44,891 bases of DNA from Bacilli bacterium (GTDB lineage Bacteria; Bacillota_I; Bacilli_A; ML615J-28; CAG-698): NCBI GenBank assembly GCA_035377365.1, contig DAOSSK010000003.1, positions 1 to 44,891 of the forward strand. Direction: 5' to 3'. The position numbers and the translations under genes are program-made. Under the pieces are notes generated by a model. It was not told where the DNA came from. It did no database searches and saw nothing but the letters and a program-made list of their open reading frames with translations. Positions 26,798 through 34,981 of this stretch are shown piece after piece. Position 1 is the stretch's first letter; each line of letters starts with the position of its first letter.

Positions 26798-29700
26798 TTA
26801 TTCATCCTCTCTAGTTATAAAACCAAATTCTTTTCTTTTCTTTGTTAACTCGGCATTAATAGTATCTACATAAGTTAGTAGTACTTCCCTAGGATTTAAC
26901 TTTTCGTTAATCGTTTTTCTAAAGGCATTCTCTACGTTTCTTCCTGTATAGTAACCACCAGCTACTTCTGGAATACCAATTGTATTAACCCATTGTGATA
27001 ATAGAATTTCTTTTTCTTCTGCTGTCCAAGCCATACTCTTGAATGCTTCCATATTAGCTGTATTATGACGAGCTGCTGAACCTAAAATTGACTCTAATTC
27101 CTGAGCATAAGATAGTTGAGTTGGGGCTGATGTAACCCACTTTAAGAATTCCCAACTAGACTCAGGATCTTTTGCTTGTTTCATAATAATACCTGCTGTT
27201 CCGCTTGATGCACCCTTGTTATTGATAATGCCTGTTTCTGGATTTCTCACACCTGGAATCGGCGCAAAGCCCCATTTACCAGTAATCTCTGGTGCGAATA
27301 CAGCTAAGTAGTTAAAAGTTGTATAATCTACAACTCCAATTGGAGTTTCACCAGTTCTAAATCTATTTAAGAAGCTTGCAGCTGTCGGGAAAGAATAATC
27401 TGTATAATACTTAACCCAAGTTTCAAATGATTGCATTGCTTCTTCACTATCTAAGGCAGTAGCTGTTTTATCTTCAGTATAGAAATCCCCACCATTTTGG
27501 AATAGCATTGATGAGAACACTTGGTTTACTGCTGCTGATGCCCCAACTGCACTTAGTGGTAAATAGAACTGTAAGTTAGAAATTTGTAACTCTGTTACTA
27601 AGCTTGTAACTTCATCCCAAGTTTTAGGAACTGTCCAACCTCTTTCTTGAAAAATATCTTTACGATAGAAAGTAACTAAGAAAGATTGCGTGATTGGTAA
27701 AGCATAAAACTCTAAATCATGAATATCTGCTGTCTTTTGTAAAGCATAAGGTGTCATTGCACTATCAGCAAATCTTGGATTAGCTTCACCATCTAACCAT
27801 ACCTTAACGCCATATTCAGTAACTTCGTATCGGAAGTCATCAAATTGGGTAATATCATATGCAGCATTTCTTAAAGCATAGTTTACAGGTAATCCGTTAT
27901 AAACGTTCAAGGCTACATCTGGTCCTGTACCAGCAAGTGTAGCCGGTAATAATACTCCGGGATCTACAACCTTTAAAATAACGTTAATTCCTTTTTGATT
28001 AACAAATGTTGTATCACACAAAGTCTTCATTGCGTTAGCTTGTTCCCTACCGGCAACAGCACTAGTTAAAAACCATACTTCAATTTCTTTATCAAAACCT
28101 TCAGCGTTTGTTACTCCAATTGATTGATAATCAAAGAAGAAAGTCATAAAGAAAGCTTTAATATCAAACCACACATTACTAAACCAGTCAGCATTTGGTT
28201 TTGGTAATTCTGCATCACTACTAGAAACATATAATGCTTCAACTGTTAGTGATTGTTCTTGAATACTAGTAATCCAAGTTCCAAGTGAAGATAAGTTTTG
28301 AACAAACGTTCCTAATCTTTCTTGAATTGTTCTTGGCTTTTCTAAAAATGATTCAAGCTGAATTGCCATTGTATCTAGTACTGATACTAAACTTCCTTTT
28401 TCTCCTGAAAGTTCAGTAATATAAGCTGACACTTCTCTCAATTCTTGAGCATTTGCTTCAAAACATTCTAGTAAACCAACAATACGAGCATTGTCTCCAT
28501 ATAAGTGATATTCTTGATATGGGTCTGGGTTTACTGTAGTTATTGAGATAATTTGTAAGTACATATTATTTAAACTATTAACTACATTTCTAACTTTGTT
28601 TATAGGACTACCATAAGCCCCAAGTGTAGATTCTAGTCTAATTGTATTAATACCTTCATGGAAATAGAATTTATAGTTTTCTTCACTATTTCCCATCGTA
28701 ACTAATCGCCAATTTGTACTGTAATTAAAATTAGAGCTATTAGCTTCGATAAATGGAATTTCACCATTAATATATAATCTTCTTGTAGAGAAAAGTCCAC
28801 GAGCTGTATTTTGTTTAGCCTTAAAACTAAGCTCATACATTCCTGCTTCTTCTACATCAACTTCCCATTCAATCCAATCTCCAGGTGCTGTCCATTTTGT
28901 ACCACCAATTGAGTTTAGTGTTACTTTAACTGGATGCGATGGAGTGTTTGTTGGAGAAGTACGATCAGCAATTGCATATAGTGTTGGAGATGAACGTTTT
29001 GTTGAATCTTCAGCTTCAATTTGTAACATTACTTCACTTGGTGCACTTTTATCTTGATGTAGATTTAAATAATCTTGATAAGTAACGATTGCTGGAACAG
29101 ATTCTAGTTTTAACTCTACAATACTCATATTCTCTCTAACAGACTCAAAAGTAATAGTATTAGTTCCTGATTTAAAATGGAACATATAAGGATCTATTAC
29201 ATAACCAGTATAATCTCTTACATAAGCTGTACTTAAATCGAATACTTCCATTTGTGATGGTTTCATATCATTACCATTAATATCTTGAATAATTGCTGCT
29301 CTATCTTTCCACATTCTATAAAATCTAATGTGTCCGGCAGTATCAAATGGTAACTCGCCATTAATTAAAACTCTTCTTTCAATATTAGCTCCACCACTAG
29401 TTTCTCTAACATTTAAAGTTTCATCACGAGATTTCTCTGCATAATATACTAAACTCAAATAGTAGAATCCAGCCTCTGAAACATCAACAGAGAAAGTAAC
29501 ACTTCCTGTTTCTGATGTATAATACCCAGCTCTAGTTTCTCCATTTGGTAAAACAATTGAAGTATACGGATCATCTGCAGCTAGATACTTAAAATCTATT
29601 GATTCTGGCGATGCAACTCCAGCAGCTAAATCAACTGCTATACTTTCGATTTGTGGTGTTACAAGTAATGGCTTAATATCTTTATCAAAATCAAGTACTT

Positions 29701-30058
29701 CTAACCTTTGAGGATCAGTAATACCTGTAGCTTTAGCTCTTAAGTAATTATTGTAATCACCTTCTGGATATAACTCTTCTGGGATTGTTGAATCAGATGT
29801 TGTTCTATCAGGTCTAAAACTCTTCACAATTGAAACTACTAAAATAGTCATGATTAAAACTAAAATTGTAAGCCAAATTGCTCGTTTAATCATCTTCACA
29901 CGATTAGTTCTACGCTTTAACCTACTTTCGCTTGAATCAACTAAATCATAGTTAACAGTAGTTATCTTAACATCTTCAATTGCTACTGCTTCTTTTTGTT
30001 GTTCTACTTGTTGAACATCTTCAACTTTTTCTTGAGATTTTTTCTTATTTTTACTCAT
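26798..30058 (-). CDS. Membrane-anchored giant binding protein: cytoplasmic tail, TM anchor, two CBM-like beta-sandwich repeats, a helical linker, and a C-terminal ABC solute-binding domain
   Basis: The TM segment AIWLTILVLIMTILVVSIV follows a roughly 58-aa charged tail. The internal repeat is EAGFYYLSLVYYA...RRVLINGELPF...GTNTITFES versus EAGMYELSFKAKQ...RRLYINGEIPF...GINTIRLES. The C-terminal roughly 430 aa look like a family-1 sugar SBP (IEVWFL..., FYRKDIFQERGWTVPKTWDE). Confidence 0.65.
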   Translation of the reverse strand: MSKNKKKSQEKVEDVQQVEQQKEAVAIEDVKITTVNYDLVDSSESRLKRRTNRVKMIKRAIWLTILVLIMTILVVSIVKSFRPDRTTSDSTIPEELYPEGDYNNYLRAKATGITDPQRLEVLDFDKDIKPLLVTPQIESIAVDLAAGVASPESIDFKYLAADDPYTSIVLPNGETRAGYYTSETGSVTFSVDVSEAGFYYLSLVYYAEKSRDETLNVRETSGGANIERRVLINGELPFDTAGHIRFYRMWKDRAAIIQDINGNDMKPSQMEVFDLSTAYVRDYTGYVIDPYMFHFKSGTNTITFESVRENMSIVELKLESVPAIVTYQDYLNLHQDKSAPSEVMLQIEAEDSTKRSSPTLYAIADRTSPTNTPSHPVKVTLNSIGGTKWTAPGDWIEWEVDVEEAGMYELSFKAKQNTARGLFSTRRLYINGEIPFIEANSSNFNYSTNWRLVTMGNSEENYKFYFHEGINTIRLESTLGAYGSPINKVRNVVNSLNNMYLQIISITTVNPDPYQEYHLYGDNARIVGLLECFEANAQELREVSAYITELSGEKGSLVSVLDTMAIQLESFLEKPRTIQERLGTFVQNLSSLGTWITSIQEQSLTVEALYVSSSDAELPKPNADWFSNVWFDIKAFFMTFFFDYQSIGVTNAEGFDKEIEVWFLTSAVAGREQANAMKTLCDTTFVNQKGINVILKVVDPGVLLPATLAGTGPDVALNVYNGLPVNYALRNAAYDITQFDDFRYEVTEYGVKVWLDGEANPRFADSAMTPYALQKTADIHDLEFYALPITQSFLVTFYRKDIFQERGWTVPKTWDEVTSLVTELQISNLQFYLPLSAVGASAAVNQVFSSMLFQNGGDFYTEDKTATALDSEEAMQSFETWVKYYTDYSFPTAASFLNRFRTGETPIGVVDYTTFNYLAVFAPEITGKWGFAPIPGVRNPETGIINNKGASSGTAGIIMKQAKDPESSWEFLKWVTSAPTQLSYAQELESILGSAARHNTANMEAFKSMAWTAEEKEILLSQWVNTIGIPEVAGGYYTGRNVENAFRKTINEKLNPREVLLTYVDTINAELTKKRKEFGFITREDE

Positions 30059-31913
30059 GGTTTTCTCCTTGTAATGCTTTGCAGTGAAGCTTGCCTAATT
30101 TAAAGACAGCTTCTAACATCTCAATTGACTCAGCTAAATTGCTTTTCTTATTTCTAGCTAGCCATAATTCTTTTTGTTTTTCTAAAATCTTTTCATTCTT
30201 AGATAATTTTTCTAATAATTTAAGTTTCTTAGTTTTATCTAATTTATGATTAAAGCTTTGCATTAATAATCTCGTAACTAAAACTAAGTCAATACTTTGA
30301 TTGATTTCAGCTAAAACTAATTTCTTATCTTTAATTTTTAATTTAGTATTTTTTAATCCCTTGCGATATAGTTCTAAATACTCTACTAATGCTTTATATT
30401 TAACATCTTCAATAATACTATTTTTAATTTTCTCATAATAATAATCTAATGGCTTTTCTTGCTGCAAAGCATAATGGGCCCACATATAACCAAAGAAAGT
30501 TAAAGTAGCATTTGTAATATAATAGTTTTCAAATTGATAATAATTACCAATACCAAGTAATATTTGGGCAAAATTACCTTTTTCATCTTGGAATACTTCT
30601 TCGTTTAAATACTTAGTTGCATTAATCATTTCGCCTTCTTGTAAGCTCCAAGAATAAAACCCCGCAAATACTAAAGGTGCTACAATTGATGGAAGTAATT
30701 GCAAGTGACCTGCATCACCCCAATCAGTTAATAAAATACCTAAACCATTATATTTATAAACATTGTCACAAGCACTTTTAATATTTTCAATAAAATCTTG
30801 TGTTCTTCCAGTAAAGCTACACCAACTTGTAGTACCGGGAGCAGCTCCAAACTTAATGTTTAAAGTTCCTAAAGTTTTTAATGTTTCAGAAAACTTATAA
30901 GTTGCATCATAACCCCAGTCTACAAAAATAATATCTTTAGGTAGTTTTTTCAAAGCTTCTTGGTCTTTGATTAAAACATCCCCCCACATAATCGGTGTTT
31001 TATTATATTTTTTAACTTCTTCTAAAACAAGATTTAAATAATCTAAATAAACATTACTTAAACCTTCCTTCTCCACAAGTTCCTTAGTCTTACCCATACC
31101 AAGTTCCATTGGTTCATCAAAGTTAATATTGAAATATTTAGATTTTCGGTTAGGAAGCATCTCTCCATACATCTTACTTACAAGTTTAATTGATCTTGGA
31201 TCTTTGGGATCTAATGTTACTGGATTTCTATGTCTTCCCCAATAAAATGCTCCATCAGGACAAATAGCTAAGTCTTTATATTCTTTAGTAGCAAGCCAAG
31301 GTCCCATATGACCAAAACCATTTTGGTTAGGAACAAAATCTATTTCCCTTGCAAAACAGTAATCCTCAATTAACTTATATTCTTCCTTTGTAATATAACC
31401 ATCTTCTAATAGATGCTTTCTTGCAAAGTCATACTCGTAACTAAATCCCTCTACATATAACTCAAAATGGTTCATCTTAAGTTCTGCCATAAGGTCAATG
31501 ATTTTATAGATAGTCTTTAATGAAGGCACTTTATTACGACTAATATCTAAAGTAAATCCTCTAACTAATAATTTAGGTTCATCCCAAATCTCTACAGTTT
31601 CTAACTTTTCAGATTTAAAAATTTGCTTTAAAGTTTGGCTTGCATAATAAGCACCACTAGCATCATTGTAATAAACATCAATTTTATCTTTTTCAATAAC
31701 AAGCTTATAAGTTTGAACCGATCTTGCCTTTTCATAGATAAAATTAATATCCCCAACTTTCCTAGTTTTCTTTACTTTAATAAAACTCTTTAGGTTTGTA
31801 AAAACGTTTTCTAAATTTTCAGTAAAAAAAACGGAATACTTGTCTTTCTTTGTAAATTCATCTTTTGTATATTTAATATACTTAACTTTTGGGTAAATCT
31901 TATACAATTTCAA
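30051..31913 (-). CDS. GH20-family beta-N-acetylhexosaminidase-like protein, cytoplasmic
   Basis: VRGFTLDISRNKVPSLKTIYKIIDLMAELKMNHFELYVE and a downstream FDEP acidic pair are typical of GH20 catalytic domains. There is no signal peptide. A TTG start is inferred from the track. Confidence 0.7.
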   Translation of the reverse strand: MKLYKIYPKVKYIKYTKDEFTKKDKYSVFFTENLENVFTNLKSFIKVKKTRKVGDINFIYEKARSVQTYKLVIEKDKIDVYYNDASGAYYASQTLKQIFKSEKLETVEIWDEPKLLVRGFTLDISRNKVPSLKTIYKIIDLMAELKMNHFELYVEGFSYEYDFARKHLLEDGYITKEEYKLIEDYCFAREIDFVPNQNGFGHMGPWLATKEYKDLAICPDGAFYWGRHRNPVTLDPKDPRSIKLVSKMYGEMLPNRKSKYFNINFDEPMELGMGKTKELVEKEGLSNVYLDYLNLVLEEVKKYNKTPIMWGDVLIKDQEALKKLPKDIIFVDWGYDATYKFSETLKTLGTLNIKFGAAPGTTSWCSFTGRTQDFIENIKSACDNVYKYNGLGILLTDWGDAGHLQLLPSIVAPLVFAGFYSWSLQEGEMINATKYLNEEVFQDEKGNFAQILLGIGNYYQFENYYITNATLTFFGYMWAHYALQQEKPLDYYYEKIKNSIIEDVKYKALVEYLELYRKGLKNTKLKIKDKKLVLAEINQSIDLVLVTRLLMQSFNHKLDKTKKLKLLEKLSKNEKILEKQKELWLARNKKSNLAESIEMLEAVFKLGKLHCKALQGENHE

Positions 31914-31952
31914 TCATTCCTTTCGTTTTGAGTTTATATACTATATAACAAA

Positions 31953-31981
31953 ATTATACTACAAAACCACTTTTTTTTCAA
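31953..31981 (-). promoter_or_regulatory. Near-consensus sigma-A promoter for the GH20/ABC importer operon
   Basis: On the minus strand it reads TTGAAA, a 17-nt spacer, then TATAAT. It lies between the terminator copy at 31997-32023 and the GH20 start. Confidence 0.55.
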
Positions 31982-31996
31982 GGGCAAATTGAATAA

Positions 31997-32023
31997 AAAA
32001 AGAGCATTTTATGCTCTTTTTAA
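31997..32023 (-). terminator. Hairpin terminator, copy 1 of an identical 27-nt element (downstream of the toxin gene)
   Basis: The sequence AAAAAGAGCATTTTATGCTCTTTTTAA is a perfect 11-bp palindromic stem flanked by A and T runs. It is identical to 32683-32709. Confidence 0.75.
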
Positions 32024-32067
32024 TCAAAATAATTCAACTTTAAAATAGTTTTATTAATTAGAAAACA

Positions 32068-32331
32068 CTAATATTTCTTTAATATATCATGATGTCCAAT
32101 ATCAATAAGGACAATTAATTCATCTCCTTCAAAATACCAAATAATTCTTATATCCATATTAATACTGCTTTCATACAAATCTTCTTGTCCTCGAAGTTTT
32201 TTAGTTCTAAACGAAGGGTGTAGTATGTCTTCAACAAACAATCTCATTTTTTTATAAAATAGCGATTGTTCTTTTTTGGTTAAGTCATTAAAAGCTTTTT
32301 CAAAATTTTCAGTTAATAATAGTTTATACAC
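32068..32331 (-). CDS. RelE/StbE-superfamily type II toxin (mRNA interferase)
   Basis: It is 87 aa. The C-terminal pattern INMDIRIIWYFEGDELIVLIDIGHHDILKKY resembles RelE/ParE-fold toxins. It overlaps the upstream antitoxin gene by 8 nt. Confidence 0.65.
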   Translation of the reverse strand: MYKLLLTENFEKAFNDLTKKEQSLFYKKMRLFVEDILHPSFRTKKLRGQEDLYESSINMDIRIIWYFEGDELIVLIDIGHHDILKKY

Positions 32332-32593
32332 TTTTATCCCTTTGTTTTAAATACTTTATTAAATCCTCAACATTATCAAATGCTTTGTCTTTATAGTTTG
32401 AATCCTCTTTAAGTAGCCTAATTTCTTTCGCTAACTTATTGATATATTCCTTAGGATAAACAGCAACTGGTTCAAGCATTATAATTCCATTTTTTACAGA
32501 TATTTCAAACTTATCACCTTCATATAAATTTAGTTGATCTACAATTTTCTTTGGCAGTGTAATCTGCGCTTTTTTTCTTAATTCAACAACCAT
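32324..32593 (-). CDS. AbrB/MazE/SpoVT-family antitoxin
   Basis: The N-terminal swapped-hairpin motif is ELRKKAQITLPKKIVDQLNLYEGDKFEISVKNGIIMLEPV. It is 89 aa with a strong RBS (AAGGAGG). Confidence 0.75.
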   Translation of the reverse strand: MVVELRKKAQITLPKKIVDQLNLYEGDKFEISVKNGIIMLEPVAVYPKEYINKLAKEIRLLKEDSNYKDKAFDNVEDLIKYLKQRDKSV

Positions 32594-32620
32594 ATTTATT
32601 CCTCCTTTTGTTGTTGGAAA

Positions 32621-32635
32621 TTCCTACTTTCCTAC
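32621..32635 (-). promoter_or_regulatory. Candidate antitoxin operator: tandem TTCCTAC repeats (GTAGGAA on the coding strand) next to a GGAAATTCC palindrome
   Basis: TTCCTAC-T-TTCCTAC occupies 32621-32635, just downstream of the predicted -10. The GGAAATTCC palindrome adjoins it at 32616-32624. Confidence 0.3.
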
Positions 32636-32639
32636 TAAT

Positions 32640-32668
32640 AGTGTAATACAAACAACTACAAATTGCAA
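32640..32668 (-). promoter_or_regulatory. Promoter candidate for the toxin-antitoxin operon
   Basis: On the minus strand it reads TTGCAA, a 17-nt spacer, then TACACT. Confidence 0.4.
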
Positions 32669-32682
32669 CAATTATTTAAAAT

Positions 32683-32709
32683 AAAAAGAGCATTTTATGC
32701 TCTTTTTAA
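32683..32709 (-). terminator. Hairpin terminator, copy 2 of the identical 27-nt element (overlaps the stop codon of the GHL10 gene)
   Basis: The sequence AAAAAGAGCATTTTATGCTCTTTTTAA is identical to 31997-32023. The TAA stop of the 32706-33989 gene lies in the 3' part of the element. Confidence 0.75.
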
Positions 32710-33989
32710 ATACTTTTTACTTCTTTTGTCCATAGACTTTTAATTGACTTTTGAGCCTCAGGATATTTGTCTACTGTATCAATTAAGTTGTGATAAGTGA
32801 AGAAAATTTCCCCAGAAACATAATCTAAAGTGCTGTTAAATAACAATTGATTTTTGATTTCATCTGGATTTGCCCATTGATTAGTACCACCCATACGATA
32901 TAAACCCATACCAATATAAAGTTTAGTTTTTGTTTTTTTAGAGGCTTCATTCCACCACTTGGCTAGATCAGCATACTTAACAATTTCTTTTTCACTGCCA
33001 TCTTCTAAAACTTTATAGTAATCTAAATTGAAATAATCTTGAGGAACTACATAGTCAATATAACCTTTTTCCATCCAATAATAGATATCTGCGTATAAGC
33101 CTTCATAACAATTGAAACAAGATTCATCATTGTTTGAACCATATTCCCAAGCACTTTCTTTAGAAGAATATTTAGTATTAGTTCTATAAATACCAAAAGG
33201 GCTAATACCAAATTCAACTTTGCGATCTAATGTATCTAACTTTTCTTTCATCATCTTAATCAAACAAGTTACATTGTATCTTCTAAAATCAGATTTGTTT
33301 TTAATACCAACTTGGTATTGTTTCTTCTCTTCATTAGGATCTACATATTCTTCATAAGGATAGAAATAATCATCCATATGAATAGCTTTAACATCATATT
33401 TCTTAGCAATTTCTAAAGCTGTATCACTTACAAACTCTTGGACTTTTTTTGATGCTGGATCTAAAATTAAAGCTTTACGGCTAGTTTCCATAACTAAATC
33501 TGGGTTTTGCTTAGCAAAACTTTTATCAGGAAGCGAAGCTAAAAATTCTTCTTTGGTCATTTCTAACTTATCCAAAGTAACTTGACTAACACGATATGGA
33601 TTAAGCCAAGCATGAACTTCAATTCCTGCCTTTTTAGCTTTCTCTACAAAATAACCAAAGACATCAAAACCAGGATATTTTCCTTGCTCACCAGTAATAT
33701 AAGCACTCCAAGGATTTAACTCTGATTCATAGAAAGCATCATTAGTAGGTCTTACTTGAAAGATAACTGCATTCATTTTATATTCTTTTACTGTTTTAAT
33801 AATATCATCTAAATGCTTTTTATAGCTTGCTACATCTTTCATTTTTGGCAAATCAATATTAGCTACAGTTGATACCCAAACTCCCCTTAAAGCATCTTTT
33901 TCTTCTATTTTTTCAGGAATCAATACTGGTATATCACTTCTAAAATAAGTAACATATCCTTCTTTTAAATCTCTTTTTATTTTTTTCAT
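32706..33989 (-). CDS. Glycosyl-hydrolase-like family 10 (GHL10/DUF187, YngK-like) protein, cytoplasmic
   Basis: LRGVWVSTVANIDLP...MNAVIFQVRPTNDAFYESELNPWSAYITG...GIEVHAWLNPYRV matches the GHL10 pattern. No signal peptide is present. Confidence 0.65.
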   Translation of the reverse strand: MKKIKRDLKEGYVTYFRSDIPVLIPEKIEEKDALRGVWVSTVANIDLPKMKDVASYKKHLDDIIKTVKEYKMNAVIFQVRPTNDAFYESELNPWSAYITGEQGKYPGFDVFGYFVEKAKKAGIEVHAWLNPYRVSQVTLDKLEMTKEEFLASLPDKSFAKQNPDLVMETSRKALILDPASKKVQEFVSDTALEIAKKYDVKAIHMDDYFYPYEEYVDPNEEKKQYQVGIKNKSDFRRYNVTCLIKMMKEKLDTLDRKVEFGISPFGIYRTNTKYSSKESAWEYGSNNDESCFNCYEGLYADIYYWMEKGYIDYVVPQDYFNLDYYKVLEDGSEKEIVKYADLAKWWNEASKKTKTKLYIGMGLYRMGGTNQWANPDEIKNQLLFNSTLDYVSGEIFFTYHNLIDTVDKYPEAQKSIKSLWTKEVKSI

Positions 33990-34981
33990 TTAAAATCCTT
34001 TCTCATAATTGCGAAAGACTTTACAATCCTCATCCCTGCATATAAATAAATATTGCGCGCTTTATTATCACTACCAGTAAATAGAGTCATAAACTTAGCC
34101 CCATTTTCTTTTGACCTCAAACATAGTTCACAAAACATTGTTTTACCCAAACCTCTTGCTCTAACTTTCGAATGAATTCCTACTCCCGATAGATAGCCTC
34201 TTCCTGAAGGTTCAGTAAAAATTGGGCCAGTAAAACCTAAAGCACAATGATCTTTCTTTACAACCAATAATTTATTTAAATTGCCAAGTTTTCTTTGTCT
34301 TTCAATTTCTTCAAACCATGTAGGACTATTTAAATCTTCAAATAATTCTTTTAAACCATGGTCTTTTTCTGGATCAAAGAAATCAATAAAATAACCATCT
34401 TTTTCATTTTCCTTTTTCTTATCAACCACATACTCTGGTAACTCATAATTTTCAAGTTCTAAATGAAAAGCATCTAGTTGTCCATTTGTATTGTATCCAT
34501 AGCTTAGAAGTAGGAAATAATAAGCTGAATTAAACTCAACTGCAGGCGCTCCTGGATGATTATGTTTATCATATCCAGGAACATACCACTCAAGATTTGT
34601 TGGGTTTCCAAAGTAACAACGAACAAAAGTTTTGCCATTATCCTTTAAATATTGTTCTAATTTTTCCAAAATTTGTGTTCCATATCCTTGTCTTTGATAC
34701 TTTTTCTTCACCACTACAAACGTAATAAAACCAGGACTTTCTGGATTTTGATTAGTAAAATTAGCTTGTCCAGCCCCAATTAACTCATTTCCTTTGTATA
34801 ATAAAACTAAACTTTCATCTTTAAAATGTGGATTATTTAAGAATTTATTTGTAAATAATTCTTCAGTCCAAGGCTTAAAAATCCCATTTTCTCCTGTTGC
34901 ATTTTCATTCCAAAGCTTTATTAAAGCTGGCAATTGATCTTTAGAAAACTGTTTAAACTTCATCTTTACATCCTTTCCCAA
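33986..34981 (-). CDS. Tandem-GNAT N-acetyltransferase (second copy of this architecture in the window)
   Basis: It contains two GNAT-type segments (KKYQRQGYGTQILEKL and VRARGLGKTMFCEL) and is 331 aa. Confidence 0.6.
   Translation of the reverse strand: MGKDVKMKFKQFSKDQLPALIKLWNENATGENGIFKPWTEELFTNKFLNNPHFKDESLVLLYKGNELIGAGQANFTNQNPESPGFITFVVVKKKYQRQGYGTQILEKLEQYLKDNGKTFVRCYFGNPTNLEWYVPGYDKHNHPGAPAVEFNSAYYFLLLSYGYNTNGQLDAFHLELENYELPEYVVDKKKENEKDGYFIDFFDPEKDHGLKELFEDLNSPTWFEEIERQRKLGNLNKLLVVKKDHCALGFTGPIFTEPSGRGYLSGVGIHSKVRARGLGKTMFCELCLRSKENGAKFMTLFTGSDNKARNIYLYAGMRIVKSFAIMRKDFK

Noticed and set aside
31971-31978. An 8-nt homopolymer (A8 on the coding strand) spanning the -35 and spacer of the GH20 operon promoter, considered as a phase-variation switch
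   Set aside because: Eight nucleotides is short for slipped-strand variation, such runs are common in DNA this AT-rich, and there is no population data. I keep it only as a remote possibility.
31997-32709. Calling the TA cassette a mobile element
   Set aside because: No transposase, integrase or inverted-repeat ends are present. The duplicated hairpin is suggestive but not sufficient, so it is reported as a finding rather than annotated as a mobile element.
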